The translations under genes were made by a program, and so were the position numbers. 64,000 bases of DNA, taken from contig JBBRPR010000009.1 in NCBI GenBank assembly GCA_038227875.1, positions 128,001-192,000 on the forward strand, read 5' to 3'. The stretch comes from Planctomycetota bacterium. Lineage in GTDB: Bacteria; Planctomycetota; SZUA-567; H5-PLA8. The notes beneath the pieces were generated by a model. The model saw only the letters and a program-made list of their open reading frames with translations. It had not been told where the DNA came from and ran no database searches. Shown here one piece after another: positions 36,902-46,222 of this stretch (position 1 is the first letter of the stretch; every line of letters starts with the position of its first letter).

Positions 36902-38080
36902 ATGGTGGACCACACAGAATTGCTGAAACAACTCGATGCGCTGCCCGCGGCATGCCAACATGCGCTTGACGCTCAGACGTTGCGCCTGGTGGGCGAACCT
37001 CTCAGCATGACCGCATTCGCGGAGGTGAACGCGCATCTGGAATCCTGCGCCGGTTGCCGGGCGCGGATCGCCCAGATGGCGACAGCCGTCCGCGCCGTTC
37101 ACGCCGCCTTCCCAACTGCGCGCGCCACGCCTGATTTTGCCGCCCGTACACTCGCCGCGTTGCCGGCCGCTCAAGCTCCGCAGTTGCGCGTCTACGCGAC
37201 GGCGCAAAATCCGAGCGCCTGGAAATGGGTGCGCGTCGCCGCGTTGGTGGCGTTGATCGCCGGCGGAATTCTGACGATCGCCAGCATCGCAGCCTCCAAG
37301 CCCGTGCTCGCCGTCTCCATTCAAAAGGGAAAGCTCGTCGACGACAAAGGCGCGGCCATCACCAGCATTCGTGCTGACCGCGTCCTTCACGCGCAGGAAG
37401 ACACGCTCCTTCGCGGCAAGCACGACGAACTGCTCAACCTGCGCAAAGGCGCGCGCTTCAAGCTTCAGAACAACGCCGCCTCCACGCCGGAAGTTCATCT
37501 GGAAGACGGAGACCTCTACGCCTCTGCCACGCTCTCCAATCCCGTGCGCATGGGCTGCGCGAACTTCGACGCCGAACTGAGCAACGGCGAGTGCTACCTT
37601 GCGCAGGAAACCAGCGCGATTCCCCAGAGCGTCATGATTCTCTTCGACGGCAACGCCAGCATCCATCCTAATCAGCGCGAACCCCGCGACCCGATTGGAC
37701 TGCGCGGCGGCCAGATCTACTACAGCGTTGGTCTCGCTGAAGATGCCTACACCGACACGCTCGAACTTGTCGACTACACCGAAGGCCGCATCCCCGAAGC
37801 CGCCAAGGTTGACCCCAGCGACATGCGCCGCCGCTACGAACGCCAGGTGGAAGGCTACCGCGCCGAATTGTCCGCGCTCAACGCGCGCATCGCCCAACTC
37901 CCGGCCGCCGACCCGGCTGTCACTGATCTGCGCGACCGCTGCGTGCGCATCCAGAATTACCTGCGCGCGCACGAAACCCGTTTGCAGACTCTGCCCAAAG
38001 GAAATCATCCCGTCACGCTGCCGCTGGACTGCATCGAACGCGGACTAAAGGAACATCACGATCCGAAGACCTGGATGTAA
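36902..38080 (+). CDS. Putative zinc-binding (ZAS) transmembrane anti-sigma factor
   Basis: HLESCAGC (Hx3Cx2C), TM, FecR-like beta region; directly downstream of the ECF gene. Confidence 0.75.
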   Translation: MVDHTELLKQLDALPAACQHALDAQTLRLVGEPLSMTAFAEVNAHLESCAGCRARIAQMATAVRAVHAAFPTARATPDFAARTLAALPAAQAPQLRVYATAQNPSAWKWVRVAALVALIAGGILTIASIAASKPVLAVSIQKGKLVDDKGAAITSIRADRVLHAQEDTLLRGKHDELLNLRKGARFKLQNNAASTPEVHLEDGDLYASATLSNPVRMGCANFDAELSNGECYLAQETSAIPQSVMILFDGNASIHPNQREPRDPIGLRGGQIYYSVGLAEDAYTDTLELVDYTEGRIPEAAKVDPSDMRRRYERQVEGYRAELSALNARIAQLPAADPAVTDLRDRCVRIQNYLRAHETRLQTLPKGNHPVTLPLDCIERGLKEHHDPKTWM

Positions 38081-38107
38081 TCGCACCATTCAACAGGAGC
38101 ATTGCAC

Positions 38108-39142
38108 ATGGACATGAAGAAAGTGGTCGCAGCCGGAGTCGGCATGCTGGCCTTGAATTTCAGCACCGTCACGCTGCGCGCGGAAGACGCCGCGCCTCCG
38201 CCTCCAGAACCGAAACCGGCCGCGGATGCGCCGCCCGCTCCCCCGCCGGCTCCCAATCCGGACGGTCAGCGCAAGCGCCGGCACGGTGGCGACAACAACA
38301 ACGCGCCTGGCGGAGCCGGCAACCGCGCCGACGCGAATCCCAACGGCCCTGCAGGTCCCGGTGGCCCCGGTGGACCGGGTGGACCGGGTGGCCCCGCCGG
38401 CATGTTTCAGATGCTCCTGAACGGCGGCGGTGGTGGCGGCAAAAACATGATGTACGACATGGCCAGTCGCATCGCCGGCACAACCTTCGAAGACCCGAAG
38501 GCGCTGGCAAAAGTCGACAACCTGCCCCTCGGCGCGGATCGTCATTTCGTGCTGATGGTTCCCGTCGGCGGCGTCGACAATCTCGGCGCCCCGGGCAGCG
38601 GTTTCAAGATGGAAGCCGTCTTCGGCCTGACCGATGAACAGACCAAGGCCGTCACCGCGCTCCGCGACGAATACGCGCAGAAGCAGAAGGAACTCGAAGC
38701 CAAAATCGCCACGCAGCAGAAGGCGCTGGCCGACGAAGCCATCGCCCTGCGCGCCAGCTTCGAAAAGCGCGCCAACGATGTCCTCACCGGCGCCGACAAG
38801 GACGCCAAGGAGAAAGTCGACACGCTGGCCTCCGACGCCGAAAAGAAAGACGCCGCCGCGGCCTCAGATGCGCTGACCAAGCTCGACGATAAGAATAACG
38901 ACCCGCGCCAGTTGATGGGTGTCGCACGCAACGTTAAGGATCAGACCGACAAGACCATCGCCGAAGCCCGCAAAGCGATGCTCGACGCCCTGCCTACCGA
39001 CGCCCGCGCCAAGGCCGAAGAGCTCTTCAAGCAGCAGGACGCGCAGAAGCAGCAGTGGAATCCCGAGAACTGGCGCCGCCGCGGCGGCAACCGCCCGGGC
39101 GATACGCCGCAAGCTCCGCCGAAAGAGAACAAGGATTTTTGA
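38108..39142 (+). CDS. Secreted helical hypothetical protein (GPG repeats, Spy/CpxP-like LTxEQ coiled coil)
   Basis: Signal peptide, (GPG)n, GLTDEQ..AV..LR; SD AGGAG. Confidence 0.7.
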   Translation: MDMKKVVAAGVGMLALNFSTVTLRAEDAAPPPPEPKPAADAPPAPPPAPNPDGQRKRRHGGDNNNAPGGAGNRADANPNGPAGPGGPGGPGGPGGPAGMFQMLLNGGGGGGKNMMYDMASRIAGTTFEDPKALAKVDNLPLGADRHFVLMVPVGGVDNLGAPGSGFKMEAVFGLTDEQTKAVTALRDEYAQKQKELEAKIATQQKALADEAIALRASFEKRANDVLTGADKDAKEKVDTLASDAEKKDAAAASDALTKLDDKNNDPRQLMGVARNVKDQTDKTIAEARKAMLDALPTDARAKAEELFKQQDAQKQQWNPENWRRRGGNRPGDTPQAPPKENKDF

Positions 39143-39143
39143 G

Positions 39144-39330
39144 AACAGATGGCATCGGGGATCGGGCACCCGGCATCGGTCAAAGGGTGTGGTTGAAGTC
39201 AGAATCACGCGACCCGCGAAGAGAATCGTTTAACTAAAGAAAATCGCCCCCGATCATGTCGGGGGCGATTCATTTCAAAAGGTATTCGAACTGACCGATG
39301 CCTGATGCCCGATCCCCGGTGCCGTCTGTT
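39144..39330. repeat. 39-bp inverted repeats (heptamer-based) enclosing a terminator hairpin
   Basis: 39144-39182 versus reverse complement of 39292-39330: 35/39 identical; hairpin AATCGCCCCCGA-tcatg-TCGGGGGCGATT at 39242-39270. Confidence 0.8.
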
Positions 39331-39340
39331 TGGCCGTTCA

Positions 39341-40444
39341 TCAGTTGCCCAGATACGGCGCGACTCCCAAGTTCCGATACAAATACAACCCGTCCTTGCC
39401 AGGCGCGACAATGTCCAGCTTGCCGTCTTTGTCGATGTCGACGACTTGGAAGAAAATCCCGCAGCCCTTGCCTGAACGGATCGGCCCGAAGTCGATCGGC
39501 ATCTTTACGAAGTTCTCGCCGGTCCATTTGAAATAGTAGATGCCCGGTGGATCGTATTCGCCCGGATCGCGGCCGCAGTGCGCGCGGTAGCGCTTGCCGG
39601 TGATCAGCTCGTTCTGCCCGTCGCCGTCAATGTCCGCCCAGATCAGGTCGTGATACTGGCTGTTGAACGGATCGATCGGATGCTTGATCCACGTCCGCTT
39701 TCCGCCCTCAATCTTCTGCTCGTACCAGTCCAGACCGTAACCGTGCGCCTGGCCGACGATCATGTCGTTGAGCCCATCCTTGTTCACGTCGACGACCAGC
39801 ACCGGGCAGCTGGCGCAGCCCAGCTCGAACTCCGGGTGGAACGTCCACTTCTCGCCGCCGAGCGGATTCTTGGGCGCTTTGAGAAATCCGTTGTGCAGGA
39901 TGATCTCGCCGCGGCCGTCGTTATCGATGTCGCCGAACCCAAAGCCATGCCCCGTGGGCTTGTCGTGGATCGTGACGGTCTTGAATTTCCCCGTGCCGCG
40001 TCCGTTATCCGTGATCAGCTTCAAGACCTGCTGCGGACCGCCGGGCGTGTTTGGCACGATTTCCAGTTCGCCGTCGCCGTCGACGTCCCACGCGCGCGTC
40101 GTCTCGACGTTCCCGACCTCCGCGATGACATGCTCCGCCCACGGTTTCGTCGGATCGCCCTTCGGATTCTCAACCCAGCGCACCGTATTGCCCCACCAGC
40201 CACCGGTGATGAAATCCAGGTAGCCGTCGCCGTTGACGTCCATCGCGATCGTCGAGAAGTCGTCGAAGTACTCGCCCTCCGCCTTCACGTCGTTAATCTT
40301 GAATTTCTGCGTGAAGTCCGGCCCCTTGTACCAGTACGCGCCGCAGACAATGTCGAGCACCCCGTCGTTGTCGACATCGAACACGCCCGCCGACTCGTAC
40401 CGTTCATCCGAAATGAAAATCTTCTCAAACCGAATCGGTCCCAT
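39341..40444 (-). CDS. FG-GAP/VCBS repeat beta-propeller protein
   Basis: Repeated DVDNDGVLDIV, DVNGDGYLDF, DVDGDGELEI, DIDNDGRGEI, DVNKDGLND, DIDGDGQNEL, DIDKDGKLDI; no signal peptide. Confidence 0.88.
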   Translation of the reverse strand: MGPIRFEKIFISDERYESAGVFDVDNDGVLDIVCGAYWYKGPDFTQKFKINDVKAEGEYFDDFSTIAMDVNGDGYLDFITGGWWGNTVRWVENPKGDPTKPWAEHVIAEVGNVETTRAWDVDGDGELEIVPNTPGGPQQVLKLITDNGRGTGKFKTVTIHDKPTGHGFGFGDIDNDGRGEIILHNGFLKAPKNPLGGEKWTFHPEFELGCASCPVLVVDVNKDGLNDMIVGQAHGYGLDWYEQKIEGGKRTWIKHPIDPFNSQYHDLIWADIDGDGQNELITGKRYRAHCGRDPGEYDPPGIYYFKWTGENFVKMPIDFGPIRSGKGCGIFFQVVDIDKDGKLDIVAPGKDGLYLYRNLGVAPYLGN

Positions 40445-40465
40445 TGAACTCCCCTTTTTCAACAC

Positions 40466-40493
40466 AACTCAAAACTAAAAATTCAAAACTCAA
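40466..40493. repeat. Heptamer tandem repeat (AACTCAA)n
   Basis: AACTCAA AACTAAA AATTCAA AACTCAA, intergenic. Confidence 0.6.
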
Positions 40494-40510
40494 AGCTGTC
40501 TTCGAACTGC

Positions 40511-41362
40511 CTATTTCAGCAGGCCGCGCAAAAACTTCACCCCGCCCGACGCCAGATCATCCTGCGTCTTCGCCAGCGGCCGCCAGATCGCCGCCGCTGC
40601 CGCGATCGCCTTGCATTCCGGCGTGAACGATTCGATCACCGCGTCACCGCTGTAGTGGATTTCCTTCAGCCCCTTCGCGAGTCCCTTCCAGTCGATCAAT
40701 CCGTTGCCCGGCGTCCCGCGGTTGCATTCGCAGGCGTGAACGTGAGCCAGCGACTTGCCCGCCAGCTTCACCGCTTCGTAAATGCTGTCTTCTTCAATGT
40801 TCATGTGGAAAGTATCGAGATGAATGCGCACCGCGTCCTGGCCGATGTCCTTCACCAGCTGCACGACCTGCGCCGCCGTGTTGATCAGGTCCGTCTCGAA
40901 GCGGTTGAGCGGCTCGATGGCCAGCGTCACGCCGTGATCGGCCGCGATCTTGCCCGCTTCCTTCAGGCCCTTCACCGCCAGATCCCACTCGATCTTTTTC
41001 TGCTCGGGCGACACCTGCCGGCGCTTGCCCACGGCAGAATACATCGGCCCGCACATCACCTTCGCGCCCCAAGTCTGGCAGAGCTTCACCGCGTCGCGAA
41101 TGTACGCGATGCTCTCCGCGCGGAATTTTGGATCTTCATGAGTCAAGTCGCGGCTGGGCCCAAACGCGCCGCAGACGATCGGCCGCAGCCCGCTTTCCTT
41201 GATCGCCGCTTTCACTTTCTCGGCGCTGACGTTGGCCGGATCTTCCAGCGCAATCTCGAACGAATCGAAGCCCATCGCCTTCGCCTTCTGCAACAGGCCC
41301 AGTGACTCGTTGGTAAACGGCGAGGTCCAGACCCACGAATTCACGCCAATTCCGATCGCCAT
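40511..41362 (-). CDS. Sugar phosphate isomerase/epimerase (D-psicose/D-tagatose 3-epimerase family)
   Basis: IEPLNRFE, LDTFHMNIEE, HVHACE..RG.PG.G, VIESF; ATG after SD GAGGAG. Confidence 0.9.
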   Translation of the reverse strand: MAIGIGVNSWVWTSPFTNESLGLLQKAKAMGFDSFEIALEDPANVSAEKVKAAIKESGLRPIVCGAFGPSRDLTHEDPKFRAESIAYIRDAVKLCQTWGAKVMCGPMYSAVGKRRQVSPEQKKIEWDLAVKGLKEAGKIAADHGVTLAIEPLNRFETDLINTAAQVVQLVKDIGQDAVRIHLDTFHMNIEEDSIYEAVKLAGKSLAHVHACECNRGTPGNGLIDWKGLAKGLKEIHYSGDAVIESFTPECKAIAAAAAIWRPLAKTQDDLASGGVKFLRGLLK

Positions 41363-41527
41363 AGTCAACTCCTCAATAAAGTGTGGACTTACCCCGACTT
41401 TAGCAATGGTTGCCATTGCATTTCCGCGTGGCATCACTGTTCCACACCTATATACTGCTAAAGTAGGCTTAGCTGGAATGGACCCGCTTGGCGATTCATT
41501 GTCTGTTCTTGCTCTAAGTGATCAGGA

Positions 41528-42322
41528 ATGAAAGAAGGCTCTATGCACGTCGACGGAAACCCCGCAAATCCCGATGGCAACAACGTGCTCCTCCGTGGCT
41601 GCGGCGAGATCCGCCCGCAGATCGATTGGAAGCTTCCCGAGCACGTTCATGACGACTTCAACGAGATGATCTTCGTCGTCCAGGGTCAGATCGAAACGTG
41701 TATCAACGGCGAAGTCCTCGTCGGCCAGCGCGGCGACGTCCTCTGGTACCCCGCCGGAATTCCGCACGCCGAACGCGCCGTCGGCGGCAAGCCGCTCCAC
41801 ACGATCTTCACGTCCTTCATCGAGACCACTCCGACGGCCGTGACCTTCCCGCTGACGACGTTCGACCGCGACGGCCGCATCGAACAGCAACTGCGTTGGA
41901 TGTTCGACGTCTTCCCGACCAACAACGCCGAAGGCCGCAAAATTCTCAACCTGCTGATGTACACCGCCGCCTACGAGTACCGCCGCCTCGCCGCGACGCC
42001 GCAGCAGAGCGAAATGGTGCTGCGCATCAAGCGCTACATCCGCAAACGCATCAGCGATCCGATCACGCTCGACGACCTGGCCAACGAAGCCGGTCTGAGC
42101 CGCTTCTACTTCGCGCGCGCGTTTCGCACGGAATCCGGCATGTCCCCCATGAGCTTCCTGCGCCGACTCCGCGTCGAAGCCGCGCAGACGTTGATCCTGC
42201 GCACCCCGATGCCCCTGAAGTCGATCGCCGCCCAAGTCGGATTCGCCGACGAATTCCACTTCTCCAGAGTCTTCCACCAAATCACCGGCCAGTCCCCCGG
42301 CGCGTTCCGCAAGCGAGCGTAG
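41528..42322 (+). CDS. AraC family transcriptional regulator with cupin sensor
   Basis: HVH..FNEMIFV..G (cupin); LDDLA..AGLS..YF.R.F, GFADEFHFSRVF....G.SP..FR; divergent from the epimerase. Confidence 0.92.
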   Translation: MKEGSMHVDGNPANPDGNNVLLRGCGEIRPQIDWKLPEHVHDDFNEMIFVVQGQIETCINGEVLVGQRGDVLWYPAGIPHAERAVGGKPLHTIFTSFIETTPTAVTFPLTTFDRDGRIEQQLRWMFDVFPTNNAEGRKILNLLMYTAAYEYRRLAATPQQSEMVLRIKRYIRKRISDPITLDDLANEAGLSRFYFARAFRTESGMSPMSFLRRLRVEAAQTLILRTPMPLKSIAAQVGFADEFHFSRVFHQITGQSPGAFRKRA

Positions 42323-42361
42323 TCAGCGTTTGCATTTTAGACCGAAGTGATTGTCAGAGCG

Positions 42362-43453
42362 CTACCCCGTCCCCTTCCGCGGCCGCGCCACCGAATCCCC
42401 TTCCTGCCGCTCAGCGCGAACGTACACCCGTTCGATACGTACCGGCTTACGGTTAATCAGTTCCACAGCTGTGTAGCCGATGTGCGTCAGATCGATTCGC
42501 GGGCCGGACCAGTTCCGAGACAGTGAATGGGAATTGGTAGCGAAGGTTTCGATGCTGAGGTCGCGCGGTATTCGCAGCCCCGCGTTGTGTGCGGCACGTG
42601 CGAGTTGCTCGGCGTGGGTCGAACTGGACGTGACCACCGCGGTGAAGGGAGGCTCGGCGGACAGGATCTGCATCGGCGTAGGGCTGGTGTCGTCGAAGTT
42701 CGCGCTGAAAATCGTGTAGTCGCGCGGCGGAATTCTGAACTGCTTGCACGCTGCGAGAAATCCGGTCTGGCGCTCTTTACTGTCGGGATCGATGTCCCGC
42801 AACCGGCCGACCAGCGAACGCACGAACGCCAGGCGCCGATGTCCCAGCGCAATCAGGTGCGCGGTGGAATCGAATGCCGTTTGATAATTGTCCACGGTGA
42901 CGGAGTGAATTTTGAAACCCATCGGCGTTTGATCCAGCAACACGACGGGGATCGGCAGCGATTCCAGATGCTTTAACAACTGCGGCGGAGCGCCGCAGGG
43001 AAGCAGGATGCCGCGCAGGCGCAGTAACTCCAGACCTTCAGGATTCATGTACTCTTGCGCGTCCAGGTATTGAATCGCCACGACGCGAGCATGAGCGTTG
43101 AACGCCGCCCGCGCCACGCCCGTCCAGATATCCCGGGTGAAATCGGCGAGAGCGTACCAGTTGACGATCATACCGATCGCGTTTTCGGTGGGAGAATTCG
43201 CGCCGGACTTGACCAGCGCGACCGACGGGCGTCCGGCCTGCACCCGGACCAGGCCCTTCTTGCCCAGTTGCCGCACAGCCAGGCGGATCGTCGCCACGCC
43301 CACGGCGTACGATTTCGCAAAGCTTCGGTACGAGGGAATCGGTTCGCCCGCCGGCCATTCGCCCAAGATCAAGCGGCGCGAAATGTCCGCGGCAATTGTG
43401 CGGTGACGGGCGTTGGCGCCGGGGGGACGTCCGCGCCTTCGGGCAGTTTTCAT
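42362..43453 (-). CDS. GntR-HTH/LacI-type periplasmic-binding-fold transcriptional regulator
   Basis: G.PIPS.R.FA..Y.V...TIR.A...L...GL (GntR); PVVLLD, V.VDN, HLIALGHRR.A, ER..GF, GLRIPRDLSI. Confidence 0.88.
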   Translation of the reverse strand: MKTARRRGRPPGANARHRTIAADISRRLILGEWPAGEPIPSYRSFAKSYAVGVATIRLAVRQLGKKGLVRVQAGRPSVALVKSGANSPTENAIGMIVNWYALADFTRDIWTGVARAAFNAHARVVAIQYLDAQEYMNPEGLELLRLRGILLPCGAPPQLLKHLESLPIPVVLLDQTPMGFKIHSVTVDNYQTAFDSTAHLIALGHRRLAFVRSLVGRLRDIDPDSKERQTGFLAACKQFRIPPRDYTIFSANFDDTSPTPMQILSAEPPFTAVVTSSSTHAEQLARAAHNAGLRIPRDLSIETFATNSHSLSRNWSGPRIDLTHIGYTAVELINRKPVRIERVYVRAERQEGDSVARPRKGTG

Positions 43454-43590
43454 CGAAAAATCTCTCCATGAATTAAGGTATCAGGAATAGCACAGTTTGC
43501 AATTATTGTGCGTCTCCCGTCAGTGCCCTGTGTTACAGCGGCGCATCGGGTGTAGTTTCCCTGTCAACGCCCCTCAGGGAGGATCGCAAC

Positions 43591-46188
43591 ATGGCACGCG
43601 ATAGACGAGAGACGACCACGCTCATTCAAGGCCTGGTGTTCAGTGTTCTGATGTTCGGATCGATCGCGCGAGCGGCGGAACCCAAGGCGGCAAACATCGC
43701 GGCCAGCGGTACGGCGCCGGAGCTGATTCAAACTTACATGGCCGGCAAGGACGCTGGATTTCCCGCCACCTTCAGCATGGGCAGAGGTTTTCAATTCATC
43801 GGCGATTACCTTTATGTAAGCACCCGAGCGGGAGGTGGAATTCAGTATTTCAAACGCGACCCGCAAACAGGGACGCTCACGTATGTCGACAGCGTCGCGC
43901 ATTCGACGCTGAAAGCCTCGTTTTCGCTCAGCGCTGCCGGCGGACGGCTGTACGGCCTGGGCTTGTTCGTGTGGGGCGTTACGGACGGCGACAAGCACAA
44001 AGTACTGAGTTGGTTTGACATCGATCCCAACACGGGGAAGCCGATTGAGAAAGGAACGATCGAAGTCACCGCGGCCAGTTGGGGGGAGCAACTGCTGGTG
44101 GGGCCCGACGAGAAGGATCTCTACGCCTTTTTGTGGACGCCGGAGGGCAACAAATTCATGCGCTACAAGCTCGGCGCAGACGGCAAGCCTGAGAAGGCCG
44201 CTGAGATTACAGGCGGCGGACTCTCCGCCTCTGCCTGCCTCTCTCCGGACGGAAAAAATATTTACACCGCCGGCGATCACGCCATTGCCATTGTCGAACG
44301 CCAGGCGACCGGCGCGATCGCGTACAAAAAAGCGCTCTCGCTGAATTGCATCGTGGAACTCAAGCCGCCGGAGGTGATTGAAGCAGGAGATCTGCAGGCC
44401 TCGGTCAGCGGTATCTCGCCGGATGGAAAATGGCTTTATATCTCGCTCGGCAGCCGGATCGCCCGGACGAAAAATTACTTCGGCATTTTCAAACGCGATC
44501 CGGCGACGGGGGAGCTGACCTACTCGGAGGGCGGTTCCGACGCCGATCCGCGCTACAGTTCACTCGCCAGTCTCGGCGGCATGAACCTGGTGTTTGGGCC
44601 GGACGGCAAATCCGGATTCATCACCAACGGACGGTGCCTGGTACAGCAGTTCCAACTGGAGGCCGCGACCGGCCGGATCAAAATCCTCAACGATGTTGTG
44701 CTGGGCAAACCCGGCGAGATCAAGTGCCGGCCCTACGGATGCCTGGAGGCCGATTTCAAGAAAGGCTTCCTGTACGGAGCCGGCGTCTGGCAGCACGATT
44801 CATACGGCGGCTGCTCGCGCGGACTCTGGTCCGCAAAGTTCAATCCGGCGGCGGCGCCTTCCGGCACGGAACGAGCGGATCTCCAAACGCCGCTCGTGGC
44901 CGCCGCGAACACCAAAGCCGCGGGCGAAGACTGGCCCACCAAACTCGGCGTGAATGGCGATGGAAAAAGTTCTCTGAAAAACATCCGCAAAGACTGGAGC
45001 GGCGGCCTGAAGAAAGTCTGGGAAGTCACCGGCTTGAGTCCCGGCGATTCCACCTGGTCGACGCCCGCCGTGCTGGGCAACAAATTGATCGTGATGGGGA
45101 CGCACGGATTCATCGACGAAGTCTTCTGCTTCGACGCCGACAAAGGCGGCCGCCCGCTGTGGATCACCGACCTTTCGGGAGCCGGCGACATCTCCCAATA
45201 TGGCGGCCGCGATGGCTGGTGCGGCGGCCCGGTGACGATGCCCTGTATCAGCGGCGACAAAGTCTACGTCACACAAAGCGGCAAGTTCAATTGCCTGAGC
45301 ATGACGGATGGAAAAGTGTTGTGGAGTAAAACCGTCGTTACTCCCTGCCATACGTATGCGGCCACGCCGCTGGTGTGCGACAATCTGTTGATTGTGCCGG
45401 GAACTTTCCAGGCCGATGGCAAGAAAGCATTCTTGCTGGCCGCGTTCAACAAGGACACGGGCGACACGGTCTGGACCTACGATGGCGTCGGGAATTTTTC
45501 TGGCGGCGACAGCCCCACTTTTGGCCACGTCTCGCCGCTGCGCATGAAAATCAACGGCGTCGATCAGATCGTCTACAATACCGGCGCGCTGGCCTGCGGT
45601 CTGAACATCAAGACCGGCAAACCCATCTGGGAATACCCGTTTGAAGCCAAGGGCTCCAACGTCAATGCCTCTGAACCGGTCTCGGACGGTTCAACCGTCG
45701 CGATCATGCTGGGCGACGGCGCCGCTAGTCCCTTCGGTCTGCAGGTTGAGGGCGCGTCCGTGAAACCGCTCTGGAGCAAAATTCCCAACTTCCGGGCCTA
45801 TTGGAGCGATGCGATTCTTAAAGACGGATTCATGTACACGTTTTCGTCGGATGGCCTGTACAGCGCCGGCAACAGCGATTTTCGTTGCGTCGACCTGAAG
45901 ACCGGGCAGCCGAAATGGGTCCAGCCCAAAACCGGTTGCGGGACCACGCTGGAAGTCGACGGCCATCTGATCTGCCTGACCTATTCCGGCGACCTGTGGC
46001 TGGTGAATCCTTCGCCGGAGGGCTTCAAGAAGGTCACGGAATGGAAGGGAGCCGTCAAACAGGAGCCGTGGTGGACTCACGACGGCGGAAAAACCCCCGC
46101 GCCCTGCTGGACCACCCCCATCATCGCCCACGGAAAGCTCTACATCCGCTACAGCGATACGTTGACCTGCTACGATTTGCTGAACTAA
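43591..46188 (+). CDS. Secreted double beta-propeller protein (lactonase-like plus PQQ-binding-like/BamB)
   Basis: Signal peptide; FKRDP.TG.LT and SPDGK repeats; DWP...G, STPAV, D..TG..W repeats, WTTPIIAHGKLYIR. Confidence 0.85.
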   Translation: MARDRRETTTLIQGLVFSVLMFGSIARAAEPKAANIAASGTAPELIQTYMAGKDAGFPATFSMGRGFQFIGDYLYVSTRAGGGIQYFKRDPQTGTLTYVDSVAHSTLKASFSLSAAGGRLYGLGLFVWGVTDGDKHKVLSWFDIDPNTGKPIEKGTIEVTAASWGEQLLVGPDEKDLYAFLWTPEGNKFMRYKLGADGKPEKAAEITGGGLSASACLSPDGKNIYTAGDHAIAIVERQATGAIAYKKALSLNCIVELKPPEVIEAGDLQASVSGISPDGKWLYISLGSRIARTKNYFGIFKRDPATGELTYSEGGSDADPRYSSLASLGGMNLVFGPDGKSGFITNGRCLVQQFQLEAATGRIKILNDVVLGKPGEIKCRPYGCLEADFKKGFLYGAGVWQHDSYGGCSRGLWSAKFNPAAAPSGTERADLQTPLVAAANTKAAGEDWPTKLGVNGDGKSSLKNIRKDWSGGLKKVWEVTGLSPGDSTWSTPAVLGNKLIVMGTHGFIDEVFCFDADKGGRPLWITDLSGAGDISQYGGRDGWCGGPVTMPCISGDKVYVTQSGKFNCLSMTDGKVLWSKTVVTPCHTYAATPLVCDNLLIVPGTFQADGKKAFLLAAFNKDTGDTVWTYDGVGNFSGGDSPTFGHVSPLRMKINGVDQIVYNTGALACGLNIKTGKPIWEYPFEAKGSNVNASEPVSDGSTVAIMLGDGAASPFGLQVEGASVKPLWSKIPNFRAYWSDAILKDGFMYTFSSDGLYSAGNSDFRCVDLKTGQPKWVQPKTGCGTTLEVDGHLICLTYSGDLWLVNPSPEGFKKVTEWKGAVKQEPWWTHDGGKTPAPCWTTPIIAHGKLYIRYSDTLTCYDLLN

Positions 46189-46222
46189 CGGCCACCAGAT
46201 TTGCGTCTAAGTGTGGCGTTGC

